Below are positions 40,689 to 54,600 of a stretch of DNA of 64,000 nucleotides, piece after piece. Positions within the stretch are counted from its first letter, which is position 1. Each line of letters opens with the position of its first letter. Source of the stretch: Convolutriloba macropyga. Lineage: Eukaryota. The DNA lies in the NCBI RefSeq assembly GCF_964194025.1, contig NC_134472.1:30814001-30878000 (forward strand). Direction: 5' to 3'. Under the pieces are notes generated by a model. The model had not been told where the DNA came from and did no database searches. It saw only the letters and a program-made list of their open reading frames with translations. The position numbers and the translations under genes are program-made.

Positions 40689-43600
40689 TACTTAGTCTCA
40701 ATACTGACAGATTTCACTGAATTTCCCACGAAGTCTCATTGAAAACAATTAAAGCTAACAGTTTATAGTTTAAACATATGAAACTATTTGTTGTAGCAAC
40801 TATAGTAAACTTTTGTTTTGACTGTAGATATTGTCTGTGTAGTTTTGCCACTGTCTGAAAGAAAGGTCTCACTTATATCAGTAGTAGAATAAAATCATTC
40901 ATCAATTGACTGAGTTCATGAATGGTTTCCTGTGATTGGGTACTAAATGTTTTCTGAACTAAAACTTGAGTAAAAATTGGATTTCTGACCGTTTTTGTTG
41001 TTGATTTTGTAGCCATGCCACTCAATCTCATTTATTAAAGTCTGCATACGCAAAAATTATCCATGTCTGAATCAAGAAGTCCGTTTCAATTGGCTTCTCA
41101 TCATAAACATAAAAATGATGACATTTAATTAATGTAAAAATTTGAAGAATTTTAGAAATTTAGTTTTTTTTAGAATTTAGAGAATTTTGTTTTCATTCAT
41201 TTGGGTTTTTGGTTTTCGTTTAACAGCGATTGTATCAAATACGTGTATGTAATAAAAAGTACTTCGTATCAAAAATAATAACTTATGGAAAACATTTCCC
41301 CTAAAAATTCTCATCACGACTTGAAAACTACTGTTACTAACAAGAGGATTTAGATCCTGTTCAGTCATACGTATGCGCTTTTTCATTTGAGTTTTTATTA
41401 TTTCTATAGCAACTTTTTTAGTACAAGAGTCATGGCATACCTCACTTACAAGTTAGCTTGTGATTATCTAGCTTGATTGACCTTTATTTTAATTTGAATT
41501 ATCAATTTAGATTTTTAAGTGATTGCATAGTTCATTTGTTAATACTATGCTTGTTCCCAACATTGTTAGTGAATTTAGTTATTCAAATTTTAAGATCAAA
41601 GTTTGAAGAAACGGAATTCTATTTAAAATAACAAAGCTAATGTATTATAACAAGCGTTTGACAACCTTTAGAAGCAATCTTGACATACTGAACTTAAGAC
41701 ATAGCTTGTGATGATCTTATAAGAGTGACCTTATTTGAGCTTTCAATATCAATTCAGATTTAAGAGTGCAGAGGTCATTTTTTAATTCTGCGTTGAGCTT
41801 CCAGAATTTAGTTGAAACTAATTAGAAATCCAATCAGCGAAATAATAACTAAGTTGTCACTTGAAATACTTCGCAGTTTGAAATTGAGACTGGAAAAAGG
41901 GTCAGATGTTTATTTCTGGACCTCGTATTTGTTCTTTCGACCTCATGTTTTTTTAATAATTTTTTAAAGCATGTTTTAGCGGTTTCAGACCTTATAAACT
42001 GTTTAATTACATTTTTCCAAGCTTTAGCCTCAGCAATTTTGAATGAAGATTAAGTTATATTCGGAATCTTTTTTGTTTTTATTTTTGCATATATGTTTTG
42101 ACATGAACCGATAACTATTTTACCAGAACAATCCTTTGAGAAGTTCTAGTAGCAAACACGACGTACTTCACTTGTTACTTGTCTTGTCATTATGTAGCCG
42201 AAGTAACCTCTATTTGAACTTTATTTGACCTCTCTGGTCTGCAATCTCGGTTCAAATATATAAAAGAGCTCATAAGTCAATTCTTCTTCAATTTTGTGCT
42301 CACTTATAAGTCTAAATGAGAATTTAAAATCGTATCGGAAATAAACATCTGATTTTTTTAACTTAAAGTACATGATAGTTTCATATTTAGCGGGAAAACA
42401 GGATAGATTTTGATTTTTGAATTTCATTTTTTTAATTCGTTAAATTTTGCAGTTAACTTGAATAATTTGTCAACTCTCTACATGAGAAATTGACATATAA
42501 ACAATTTCTTGTGTCATTTTGTCTGTTCAAGTGTTCATTTTAGTAAAACGAAGAAATTCGATCTCAAAAAGAACCGTTTTATTGCATAGACATGTCCATT
42601 TTTGTAGAAGTCTATCAAAGCCTAAATAATATAAAATTTTAACTACTTCTTTAAAGGCAGTCTGCTTCTGCTTCATTTGGACAAGATTTAGGATCAGCAG
42701 GGTTGGCCACCGCACAATAGGGATCCCCTTAATAGAGCGTTTTTCGAATAACCTCTACTGCACCATGTAACCAAAATTTAGATCACTGAATCTCACTCTA
42801 ATCAAAATTTTGCCTAAAACAGTTTTGAGCTGTCCCAGAAACCATATCGCTAACAAAAATTAGGAAAAGCCGCTTGTGATAGGAGAAGTTAATATGAAAG
42901 CAAGCAAAATGAGCAATAAATAAAAGCAAGTTATTCATAGAGAAACCTTACAGCATTCTACAATGTCAAGTTTCTGTTCGACGCAAAAAATCAGAGAAGC
43001 AGCTCTGATATAGACTCAGTCAAAATAGCTGCTTCTCTGATTTTTTGCGTCGATCTCCATTTTTTCATATCTTACCGAAAAATATTTGTTGCCACAATTA
43101 TTTTAGAAAAAAAGATCAGATTCTAGGTAGCTCGCTGAAATTGAAGGGAAGTAGGAAGAGTTATGATGGATACAGAAGTCTGGCACAGAATAATTTTTGT
43201 TATACTCTCCTGGTATTCCAATCACGCACACTTTCAGACTAAATCACGAGTTAAAAAAATGCATGTTGTGAAAATTAAGACCCAGAAAAAAGCCAACGAA
43301 GACTACAATCATCACTTGAACAACTCAACTACATATCTCTTTACGCTTTTGCATCACTATTTTTTCATGTTTTGGTAACTCGGCCAATAATAGAAAAGTG
43401 AGAAAAATTCTTGAAAAGGAAAAAACGAGCGTTGTGCAAAATTATCAGGCGGCAGTTAATTTGAGGAGTCTTCCGTACTCAGTAATCCTATATTTTTAAT
43501 AATACTTAGTCTCAATACTGACATATTTAACTGAAATTCCCACGAAGTCTCACTGAAGACAATTAAAACTTACAGTTTATAGACATTTGAAACTATTTGT

Positions 43601-45863
43601 TGTAGCATTTATAGTAAAATTTTGTTTTGACCGTAGATAGTTTCTGTGTAGTTTTGCCACTGTTTGAAGGAAAGGTCTCGCTGATTTCAGTATTGGAATA
43701 AAATCATTTATCAATTGACTGAGTTCATGAATGATTTCCTGTGATTGGGCACTAAATGTTTTCAAAACTGAAACTTAAAGTTGAGTTCTGACAGTTTCTG
43801 TTGTTGTTTTTGTAGTCATGCCACTCAATCTCATCTATTAAAGTCTGAATACGCCAAAAATCATCCATGTCTGAATCAAGAAGTCCGTGTGAATTGACAT
43901 CTCATGATAAACATAAAAATTATGGCATTTAATTAAAGTAAAAAGTTAAAGAAATTAGAATTTTAGTGTTTTTTAGAATTTTTGTTTTCATTCATTTGGT
44001 TTTTTGGTTTTCGTTTAACAGCGAAAGTATCAAATACGTGTATGTAATAAAAAATACTTCGCATCAAAAATAATACCTTATGGAATACATTTCCCCTCAA
44101 AAATCTTCTCCCGACTTGAAAACTACTGTTACTAACAAGAGGATTTAGATGCCGTTCATTCAAACGTATGCCCTTTTTCATTCGAGTTTTAATTATTTCT
44201 ATAGCAAATTTTTTAGTACAAGAGTTACGGCATACCTCACTCACGAGTTAGCTTGTGATTATCTAGCTTGATTGGCCTTTATTTTGATTTACTTTATCAA
44301 TTTAGATTTTTAAGTGATTGCATAGTTCAACTGTTAATACTAAGTTTAATACCGGTAGTGCTAGTGAAATTTTGTCGACTTGAACCAAGTTATTCAATTT
44401 TTAAGATCAAAATTTTAAGAAATGGAATTGTATTCAGGATTAATATTTTCTCAAGTTCGCATATGTGCGTTTATAATAATACAGGTAATGTTTTATAACA
44501 AGCGTTTGACAAACTTTAAGAGCAATTTTGACAAACCAAACTTAAGACTTAGCTTGTGATTATCTAATAATGTTTTAGCGTTTAACGATTTCAGATTTTC
44601 TAATAAACTGTGATGTTTTATAACAATTTTCCAAACACTAGCCTCAACTATTTTGAATGAAGATTTAGTTATATTAAGGATCGTTTTTGTTTTTATTTTT
44701 GCATATAGGTTTTTATATGAACCCATAACTGTTTTACCAAAACAATCCCTTGAGAAGTTGTAGTAGCGAACCCGACTTACTTTACTTGTTACTTGTCTTC
44801 TGATTATATAGCCGAGTTAACCTCTTTTTGAACTTTATTTGACCTCTCTGGTCTGTAATCTCGGTTCAAATTTATACGTGAGCTCATAAGTCAACTCTTT
44901 TTTTACTTTTGTGCTCACTTATAAGTCTAAATGAGAATTTAAAATCGTATCGGAAATAAACATCTGACTTTTTTTACTTAAAGTACAAGATAGTTTCATA
45001 TTTAGCGGGAAAACAGCATAGATCTTGATCTCTGGATTTCAATTTTTTTATTCGTTAAACTTTGCAGTTCACTTGAATAATTTGTTAGCTCTCTACATGA
45101 GAAATTGACATATAAACAATTTCATGTGTCATTTCGTCTGTTTGATTGAGACAAGAATGTGGATCAGCAGGGTTGGAGCATTCTGTGCCACCGCACATTA
45201 GGGATCCCCTTAATAGAACGTTTTTCGAAAAACCTCTACTGCACAATGTAACCAAATTTTTTATCATTGAATCTCACTCTACTCAAAATTTTGACTATAG
45301 GAGAAGTTAATATGAAAGCAAGCAAAATGAGCAATAAATGAAAGCAAGTTATTTATAGATAAACCTTACAGCATTCTACAATGTCAAGTTTTTGTTCGAC
45401 GCAAAAAATCAGAGAAGCAGCTATTTTGACTGAATCTAACTCCATTTTTTTAAAATATTTGTTGCCAAAATTATTTTAAAAAAAAGATCAGATTCTAGGT
45501 AGCTCGTTAAAATTGAAGGGAAGTCGGAAGATATATGATGGTTACAGAAGTCAGGCACAGAATAATTTTTGTTATACTCTCCTGGCATTCCAATCAAGCA
45601 CACTTTCAGACTAAATCACGAGTTAAAAAGATTCATGTTGTGAAATTTAGGACCCAGAAAGAAGACAAAGAACACTACAATTTTCACTTGAACAATTCAA
45701 CTACATATCTCTGTACGCTTTTGCAGCACTATTTTTTCATGTTTTGGTAACTCGGCCAATAATAGAAAAGTGAGAAAAATTCTTGAAAAGGAAAAAACGA
45801 GCGTTGTGCAAAATTATCAGGCGGCAGTTAATTTGAAGATTTTTCCGTACTCAGTAATCCTAT
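40689..45863. repeat. Diverged tandem duplication (40689-~43495; 43503-45863) of decayed coding-like sequence
   Basis: Both copies begin tacttagtctcaatactgac and end ttccgtactcagtaatcctat. Paralogous ORF fragments occur in both. Confidence 0.9.
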
Positions 45864-45883
45864 TTTATTTTATTTTATATATA

Positions 45884-47400
45884 CTAGCAGGCCCGCAAAA
45901 GCATAACAAGAACATCTTATAAAAGAAAAGTTTTAAATTTAATTTTCGTACCACCTCGGGCTGGAAAACATGCCCCTCATTCATCAGCAATAGATATTCC
46001 GTTACATTACTGTCACGTGATCGCAGTCAAGATTGCCCAGACGGAGGTCGGAGACGACATCAAACACCTCAGGTGGGGGAGTGCCGGTGGCGACTGTACC
46101 AATTGGAATGTGTTTGGTTCAGTATATTACCTCCAAGATCCAGCAATTTTGTGTTCAACTTTATTGGCTCGTTAACTTGCATATTTAAGGAGCAATAAGA
46201 CTCGTAAAGATAACCGCCTTCTACAAGGTGGCGTAGCGTAACACGTGTAATACTTTAGGATGAAAGTTTAAGGAGCCTTTAAAAAGAGAGAAGAAACAAG
46301 ATAATGAAGGAGAGAAAACAGACCAAAAAGAAAGAGAAAAGAACGACAGAAAAGAAACAAAAGACAACAGAAAGGAAAAAAAACAAGAAAAGAAAGAAAA
46401 GAAAGAAAGACGAAAGCGAAAACCACGAGATAAAAGAAAAAAGACAAAAAAAGACAAAATAGAGAAAAAAAGAGGAACAAAAAATAGAAGCAGGAGAGAA
46501 AAACAAAAAAAAGAAGAGCAAAAAAAAGAAAGACAGGAGAAAGATAAAAAAGACAGAAGAGAAAGAGGAGAGATAGATAGAGAGAGAAAAAAGCAAGTGA
46601 CACAAGGAGAGAAAAAATACAGAGAAAAGACAAAATAGAATGAAAAGACGGAGAGACACAAGAGGGAAACACAGGAGAGAAAAGAAAAAAAGTTGAACCG
46701 AAAAAGAGAGAAAAGAAAGAGAAGCGAGAGAAAAGAAAAGAAAGAAAGAGAGAAAGAAAAGTAAACCAAAAAGAACAGAAAAGAAATACAAAAAACAAAG
46801 ACAAAAACAGAAAAGAAACAGGAAAGAACGGCAAACTAAAGAGAGAAACGAAAGAGAGGAACAAAAGAGAGAAAGATTGAGAAAAGCAGGGAAAAAAAAC
46901 AGTCAATAAAGATAAACGAAGGAGAGAGATAGATAGAAAGAGAAAAAAGACAGCAAAAAGATAAATTAAACAAAATTGAAAAGGGACAGAAAAGACAAAC
47001 AGAAAGAATGAGAGAAAAAAAATGAAGAGAAACGAAAGAAACAAACAAAAGAGAAAAGGCGGACGAAAAAGAAAAGGAAAAAAGAAAAAAGAAAGAGAGA
47101 GACAGAAAAGAAAAAAACAAAAAAAAACCAAAGAAAACAGGTAGAAAAGACGAATAGAGAGAGAAAAGACAGACAGAAACAAAAGACAGAAAAGAAACAG
47201 AGAAAAGAAAGACAAAAAGAAAGAAAAGAATAAAAAATGAAGGAAAGAACAAAGAAAAACGAAAAAACAGAAATGAGATATAATGAGGGAAAAACGAAAA
47301 GCAGAAAGTCAAAAAAAACAACAAAAAAAAGAAAAGCCAAGACCAAGGCAGAGGCGATCAAACGGAAAATCGAGGTTTTTCCCATTTCTAAAAAAATTTG
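45884..47400 (-). mobile_element. Putative non-autonomous Helitron-like element containing a ~1.1-kb purine-rich low-complexity tract (46270-47340)
   Basis: The minus strand ends gcgggcctgCTAGt, the same terminus as 1015-1027, and is CT-rich like the window start. The 5' boundary is uncertain. Confidence 0.5.
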
Positions 47401-47710
47401 AATCTTAGCTTTTCTTTGTTCAGGAATATATAATTTGCATCACCAAATAAGAACCCATGATTTTCCGTAATTTTTGGTCATTTTGCCTAGATTTTCCTTC
47501 TCGGTCGTTGACTTTCTTTGGAATCTGAGTATTTTCGGTCATTGAACGCTTCCGAATCAGTTTTTCGGACATTGACCGAAAAGCGCGTTTTCGGTCATTG
47601 AGCTCTACTTATGAGTCCGCTTAACTATGCTTGTTCAACAGGTCTCCTAAACATGCCAACCGAAGCTCTTAAACATGCAGCTCTATAAACTGTCACTCAT
47701 TTAAAATATA

Positions 47711-47749
<39 letters not shown>

Positions 47750-47849
47750 TAATAATAATAATAATAATAATAACGAATTCAACCAAACATGGTTACAACC
47801 AGCTTGGTAGTCCCCTGATTAGGGGAGAAATCCAGTTTCAGTAATTAAA

Positions 47850-50367
47850 ATTTATCGAAAACTTTCCATCCTGAAGTGTAACTTTTATTTTTGAATCTTT
47901 TCACTGCCTCCCTTTCCAAAAAGCTCTTCACTTCTCTTCGAAACTGACATGAATTTTTGTGTGGTGAATAGTTAGAAAAACTGTTAAGTTGAGACAAAGA
48001 ATTATTGAATAGGGCCACTCTATAAAACTAAATATTTTCAGAACGTTTCCGCAATGTTAATCTGGCTTCAATAAAAAATTTTTCACTTGATCCGGTCTTG
48101 GGACAACCAAAAGTTATTGACCAGTGGTCTGAGGCATTCAAAGAAGTTAAGACCACTAAAATCTTGTTAAGCAGAATTAGGTTGTAAAGTACTAGAAAAT
48201 AACTGAATGGCAACAGGCGATTTCGAATTAGGCTCTCAACGTATTCTTTGTCACCCAAAAATGAACGGCAGGTTATCCATTTTAAACATGATCTTTGCAG
48301 TCTTTCCAAGCGTTGCAGATACTGTGGTCCTGGATTCCAGACATTTGACGCATAAAAAACCGAAACGAATACATATGTTTTCACCATTGTGCATTTGACA
48401 GTTTCTTTTGTGGTGCGGGGTATAACTCTTCCTAAATGATTCAGTTTTTGATACCCCTCCTTTATGGATATTCCGAGGTGACCATTCCAAGTCATGCTGG
48501 ATGTAAAAATTAAACCGAAGTCTATAATTTGTTTTTCGTTTTGATGACAATGCCTTCTGCAAATAACTTTGTGGACGAATCATATGTACTTTTGTATGAG
48601 AACACGAGAATGCTGAATTTGTCAAAGCTGATTAGTTTGTTTGAAACAGACCATTCGATAGCTCTATTTATATCAAACTGAAGATCTTCACTTGAAATCT
48701 GTCCTATTATTTTCGTATCATCGTCATAAAGAAATGTTTTATTAATAAGTTGATCAGGTAGGTCATTTATGTACACGGAGAACAAAAACACAGCAAATAT
48801 TGATCCCTTGGGACCCCCGCTTGAGATTTCAGAGAAAGCCGAGTAACTGTCTGCAATTTTTACTCTCTGCTGTCGATTAACTAGATATGAAGCAACAAAA
48901 TTCAAAAACTTTTCATCAAATCCAAAACGAGCGAGCTTTTGAAGAACAGTATTAAAATTAATCGTATCAAAAGCATTAGCAATGTCCAAGTAAACTGCTA
49001 TTGGGGATGAATTATCATCTAAAGCGTGATATAAGTTATCACAATATAGTATCAATTGGGTTACTGTTGAATGCTTTTGCCAAAAACCATGTTGCGCAGT
49101 GCAAAGCTTCCTTTCGACTGTCTTCTTAATGTGTTTGTAAACTATTCTTTCAAAAACTATAGAAATTGCACAGAGCATTGCAATTGGTTTGTAATTTTTA
49201 ATTTCCGTTTTGCTATCATTTTTGTGATGAGGACGCACGTGTTTATTTTTCCAGACTTAGGGAAATTGGCAAGCGTTAAAATTGTTCTTGATTTAGCTGT
49301 CGCAAAAATTTGTACGCAACGTTGTTTGTTGAAATACAGAAACCCTCGATAAAAATTTTTGTCCTTATGCAAGTATAAATTCAATTCCACCTCTAATTTT
49401 CTAATTTTCTCTGACCTTTTGTTTGTTTTCCTTAGCGTCTTCAACTTGTTTTCTAGGTGTACACTATGGGAAGACATGTAAGATGGTGCATCAAGCCTGC
49501 GTTTTGTTATATGAGGCATTGATTTTTCGCAAGCTTTGTAAAAACTCCGATAAAAAACAATGAAGCAAGTCATTGGGACACCTGTTTGACAGAGCTGGGA
49601 TTTCAAAACAAAAGAGATTAATAAGTTCCAATCTGCCTTGTTGATGTTGAGTTTTTGGAAGAGAGGCTTTTGTTCTTTTTTTGTGAGTCTGACAGAAATT
49701 TCTGCTACGAACAAATTGTGCTCAGAGAAGGAATTAGTCTCAACCGCTAGGTTATATTTCTCCAGATTAGTGCACAGAAAGATGTTGCGACAAAAGTTGA
49801 AGTTGCGGATTGAGCAAAAGTTCAGAGCATCTACTTCTTCTAAGAAACTTTTTTCATATTCGTTACTACTAGAAAGTGTATTCCAGTCAGTATGTGATAA
49901 ATTTACATCACCATTAATTATTAATTTTTTCTGAGTACTAGAGTTGAAAAGCCACTCCAATTTAAATAATAATATTTGTATTGAACTTGAAAATCAGTAT
50001 CAGAAACCCGGTATTTGCTGTTTTGTGGAGGGTTTTACAAGGTGATGAATATTAAAACAAGGTCGTTTAGGAAATAAACATAACATGACCAAAAATCAAA
50101 GATTGTTTCAATTTCTGTCACTTGACTGAAATAGAGATTTGTATTGTGAGCAATAAGAGTACCACCGTGAGTTCCAACTTTTCTATCTTTTCTTGACTCC
50201 ACAAAAAATTGCAGATTTAGGAAAACTTCTGGATTTCTTACCTCATCTGTGAGCCATGTTTCTGTTAAGCAAAGTAGGTCAATATCACGTTCCTTTAGTA
50301 AAAAATCAAGATTCATTCTGCGATCAATTGTTAAAACCGACCGGCAGTTCAATAAACCTATCTTCAT
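47850..50367 (-). pseudogene. LINE ORF2 (endonuclease + RT)
   Basis: LLNCRSV, LTETWL, IINGDVN, SEHN; NYKPIAML, QHGF, YLDIANAFDTI, SGGPKGS, LYDDDTK. Confidence 0.92.
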
Positions 50368-50421
50368 TACTTGTTTTTCCTCTAGTCATGAACGTGAATT
50401 TGTCTGATGATCATTCTTCTT

Positions 50422-51284
50422 TCAATTTTTTTCTACTGAGAGAGTTATGTCTACGAACAAGTTTTCGACTAACAACGCTCCTGATCCAATTTTGATTTCT
50501 GATCTGTTAATGTTCAGTTTTTGAGCACGTTTGAAGCGATAGTCAAGTAACTTTTTTTCCTTCTCCCAATTATCTTTGGATAAGAAAGCTTTCACGAAAA
50601 TATTTTGAGCTCTCAGTTTTTGATTCGACATCAGGAGCAGTCGAAAGTTCCAAGGATTAGTCAACTTGACTATAATTGGACGTTTTCTTTGTGTTGCTTC
50701 GTCAAACTTTCCCAGCCGGAAGACATCTTTAACCATGATTTTGTCAATTCCAAAAGCTTGTGCCAGCTCTTCTACTTTTTTTTTCTCGTAGCTGATCAGC
50801 GCCACAAAAAAAGTTGTTCCCGTACTATCTTTGGGTTTCTCAGCAACTCGGTTTTGGTTTTCACTTTTTTGAAATTAATTTTTGTCACTTGGTGTTTTTG
50901 CAGAGAGCTGTTTTTCCTTTTCGGAAATTTTCGAATTCATATTTGTGTGAACATTTCTTATGCAATCGTGAATTTCAGTTTTGATTGATTCCATTTCAGA
51001 TTTCAAGTTGCTTTTCATATCCTCAATTTTTTTTGAGATAATTCATCTTTAATGTTTGACTGATCTTGACGAACCACGACTTGATTTCGACAAAGTAAAC
51101 ATGCCCGAAAACATCCATTAATATTCCCCAGTGTTCTAAAAGTTTCCTTTGACAGGTCTGTGCAGGAACCATATGAGACACTTGAAGCATTGTATGCTAA
51201 ATGCAGTACAATTGTTTCCACATATACCGCATAGAAAATCTTCACAAGACGCTTCTTTTGTTTTAGAGCCTTTTTGTGAGGCAT
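50422..51284 (-). pseudogene. LINE ORF1 (PHD finger, coiled coil, RRM-like)
   Basis: CGIC..IQCFKCLIWF..CTDL..CLLC, and KDVFRLGK..RPIIVKL..NIFV. Confidence 0.85.
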
Positions 51285-51576
51285 GTTATTTTTTTAAAAC
51301 TGCCCAATGGCACCTCACGGAACCTGGGGACAGCTTAAAACAATACTTCTTCAGGGATGCCTCAATGCTGCAAAACCTTTTGGGGGGACTTTTCTTCTTT
51401 TTAACTTCAATAAAACAACCAAATAAATGGAACGATCTAACCGGATATATTGAGTCCTTTTTCTAGCTTCAGAGTGTTTTTCCACCTCAAAATAACATTC
51501 AGGACGCAAAAAAAATAAAGCTTTCTTGTTCTGGAATTTTTGATAATTCTTTGATATATCAAATCTTTTCTCTGCG

Positions 51577-51626
<50 letters not shown>

Positions 51627-54600
51627 GATTATTAGATAAAGATGGTGAATTGATTTTAGGGATGAAAACGACTCGAAAATCAGCTGCATATAAACCAATT
51701 TCAGTGCGAAAAAGTCAAGATACAAAACTGATCTTAGCTCCAAGGTTTATAGTAGGGGTCGCAAGGGTTACCCAATATGGTTTGCTTCTGAATAAATCCT
51801 TAGAAGCAATNNNNNNNNNNNNNNNNNNNNNNNNNNNNNNNNNNNNNNNNNNNNNNNNNNNNNNNNNNNNNNNNNNNNNNNNNNNNNNNNNNNNNNNNNN
51901 NNNNNNNNNNNNNNNNNNNNNNNNNNNNNNNNNNNNNNNNNNNNNTTTTAATATTTATTTTAAAAATTAATTCAGAGTTTCCTTAATAAACTTGAAACAA
52001 TCTTTCAAATTGAACAGAATGGTTGAATAAAGTTGTTCGAGGCACCTTAATCGAGAGAATTTTGTAATAGCTTTGCCATATTATTTGCCCAGTGGTGCCC
52101 CAGACGAGAGAGCAGATTATCTTGTAACGTCTTGTAAGATTCTTGCGAAAAAGTTTGTCTCCTACGAGAAAGTATCTTGCAAAGGAAAATGACTTGTTAA
52201 ATCTTGTAACACAGAAATTTATCTTGTAATAAGATTTCTGCAAAACTGATAATCGCATAGGGAGAAACTATTTCAAGAAATCATCAAATGCAAACAGAAT
52301 GATTAACTTCAGTTTCTTAAAGTTTACTATTCAGTTTTCCAACTTATTCCAAGCACAAAATCATCTCAGCCTGTCTGAAAACTGGAATTTTTAGTTTTGA
52401 ATCGCAACTCATTGATGGTTTGTTATATCAGACATTGGAAGAATGAAAGCTTGATCTCAGAGATATATTTCAATTCAATTATCAATAAATAAATGGAAGC
52501 ACTTTTTAAACCGTTTTAGATTTGTGAAGATAAAAACTCATTTGCGAACTATATACTAACCACCAATATAACCATTCATTTTACCATAAAACATTAGAAC
52601 TCTAAATTATTGTTTATTTCTCAACAAAAACAGTCTTCTTTGTTTGTCTATTTAAAAAAGACAAAAAAATACAAGGAAATATCAATATCAGTTTAAAGAG
52701 CTGCATTATGGGTTCAATTGTAATCAAACGTTGATGAATGCGCTAAACTTATCCGAATTGTAACGCTTGATTTTTTTCTGAAAACAGAAAACAATAACCA
52801 CGGAAACCATTTTTGCAACTAGTTGTAAACGGAGCCAAAAATTGGAAACTTAATCCTATATTGGATCCCAAAAAATTCTCCGAAACAGAACACAAAAACT
52901 ATACGAGTTTTTCAAAAAAATGTTTATTATCTTAAAACTCGAAACTTGGAAGCTGCCACTGAACAAGTGCTATGCTACACAAAATTTGGTCAACATGTTT
53001 CAGAAAAAAATACAAAAACCGAACTTTTACAAATTGCAAGTTTTGAAATTTATTTTTTATAAAATGGAAAAAGATTGATTGCAATGTATTTAAACCAAAA
53101 CGCCAATTTTTTTTGCATTTTTTCACAGAAGGCCTTACAAACATATAGAGTTTTCAATTTTTGATTTATCTCTGGAGGATAACTACGAAAATCGCTACCA
53201 AAAGCAAAAGCAAGAAATTGGGCAATTTCAATTTTCAGTCATTCAAGTTTTAAGATAATTTCTGTTACTATTATCCTGTTCCGGTTCAATTCTCACAGTT
53301 ATCTTAATAAATTAAAAATCTTATTAAATGGATAGAGCGGGTTTGGAATCGTTAAAAATCAGAAACGAAGAAACATTTGGCTGACAAGAAACGTCAGACG
53401 GTACAGATTTGAGCAAATTTTTACTATAAATTTTCTTAGCAAGCATGCAAAAATTTTTTGCAATTTTTGAAAAAAAAACGTTTGAACAAGTGATTAAATT
53501 GTTAACTGAAAATGATTTTTGAAAGATTTTTTTTAACCAGAGTGAAAACCCGAGATAAAGATCGGGGAATCCTCGAAAATTAATTCACCTAATGGACACA
53601 AGTTCACTGACTTTCCGGAGAATTAGAATAAAATTGACGACCTTCTTACCTCCATTACTTTCTTGGAAATCCTCCGGTAATTTTTTAGTTCAATTTCCTC
53701 AATCTAATGAAATCCGCACTGTTGTCTATAACTAATTTTTTCTATGAGAACAAAAGAGAACTATGGTACTTTTGAACATTTCAGGCAGCTAATGAGCTCT
53801 ATGAACAGCAAAAGCAAAAAAAAACATTTTCAGAGCAATCTTAAAATTTCTAGAAGACATCATGAGAATAATCGAAAAAACAAGCCTTAAATTACAAAAC
53901 TTGCGCCGGACATCGAATCGACACGATGAAAAATCGAAATTATTAAGTGAGACACAACAAAAATTACTTTTTATCTTATTGGCTGTAATTATACTCTATT
54001 CGAAACAGTAAATATGAGATTAGCGCATTTGGTGAGGCCTCGACAGCCCGTGGGAATTGTTAAGGGATTATTACAACTTAACATATTATCAGGACCAAAT
54101 AGGTCGTACGCTCTTTTACGTATGTGTTTAACAATTCATTGGCCAATGTTCAACTTGAAGAACTTTATTGTCAATTAATACAATAGATAGTGGAAGTTCA
54201 TAATTACACAATGATAGGAAAAATACCAAAATACAGAACAGTGAAGCAGCATTTTCCATGACTACAATCAAAATTTGAATGAAGATTCCTCTTTACCAGC
54301 CACTTCCCCATCACCTTGTGTAGAAAACCTTATATCTTCTTTTCAGTCAAGCACTAAATTTTGAAAAAAAATTAAGCACTATCATGAGTAGAACATCAAG
54401 ATGATGGATTAAATAACTGAAAAAAATTTAGCTAAAATTACAAACCGACAGTTTGTGATCACCGTCAGAAAAACACTGCATTTACAACACAAGAAATAAC
54501 GAGATCCGGAATTTTTAAAGATAATTGCGGTATTTTTCTATTAACGGTCAGGAACTGTTGGTCTGGAATTTTGGGAACAATAATTTTTATGAGAAAATTT

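Larger units (their letters stand above)
47745..51578 (-). mobile_element. Near full-length, degenerate CR1-type LINE
   Basis: ORF1 with PHD finger and RRM-like region, ORF2 with APE endonuclease and RT, an (ATT)n 3' tail, and (AT)n on both flanks. Confidence 0.92.

Noticed and set aside
46221-47385. Long F/L/S-rich ORFs (up to 315 aa) resembling membrane proteins
   Set aside because: They are open in several frames only because the CT-rich strand lacks stop codons; a low-complexity artefact.
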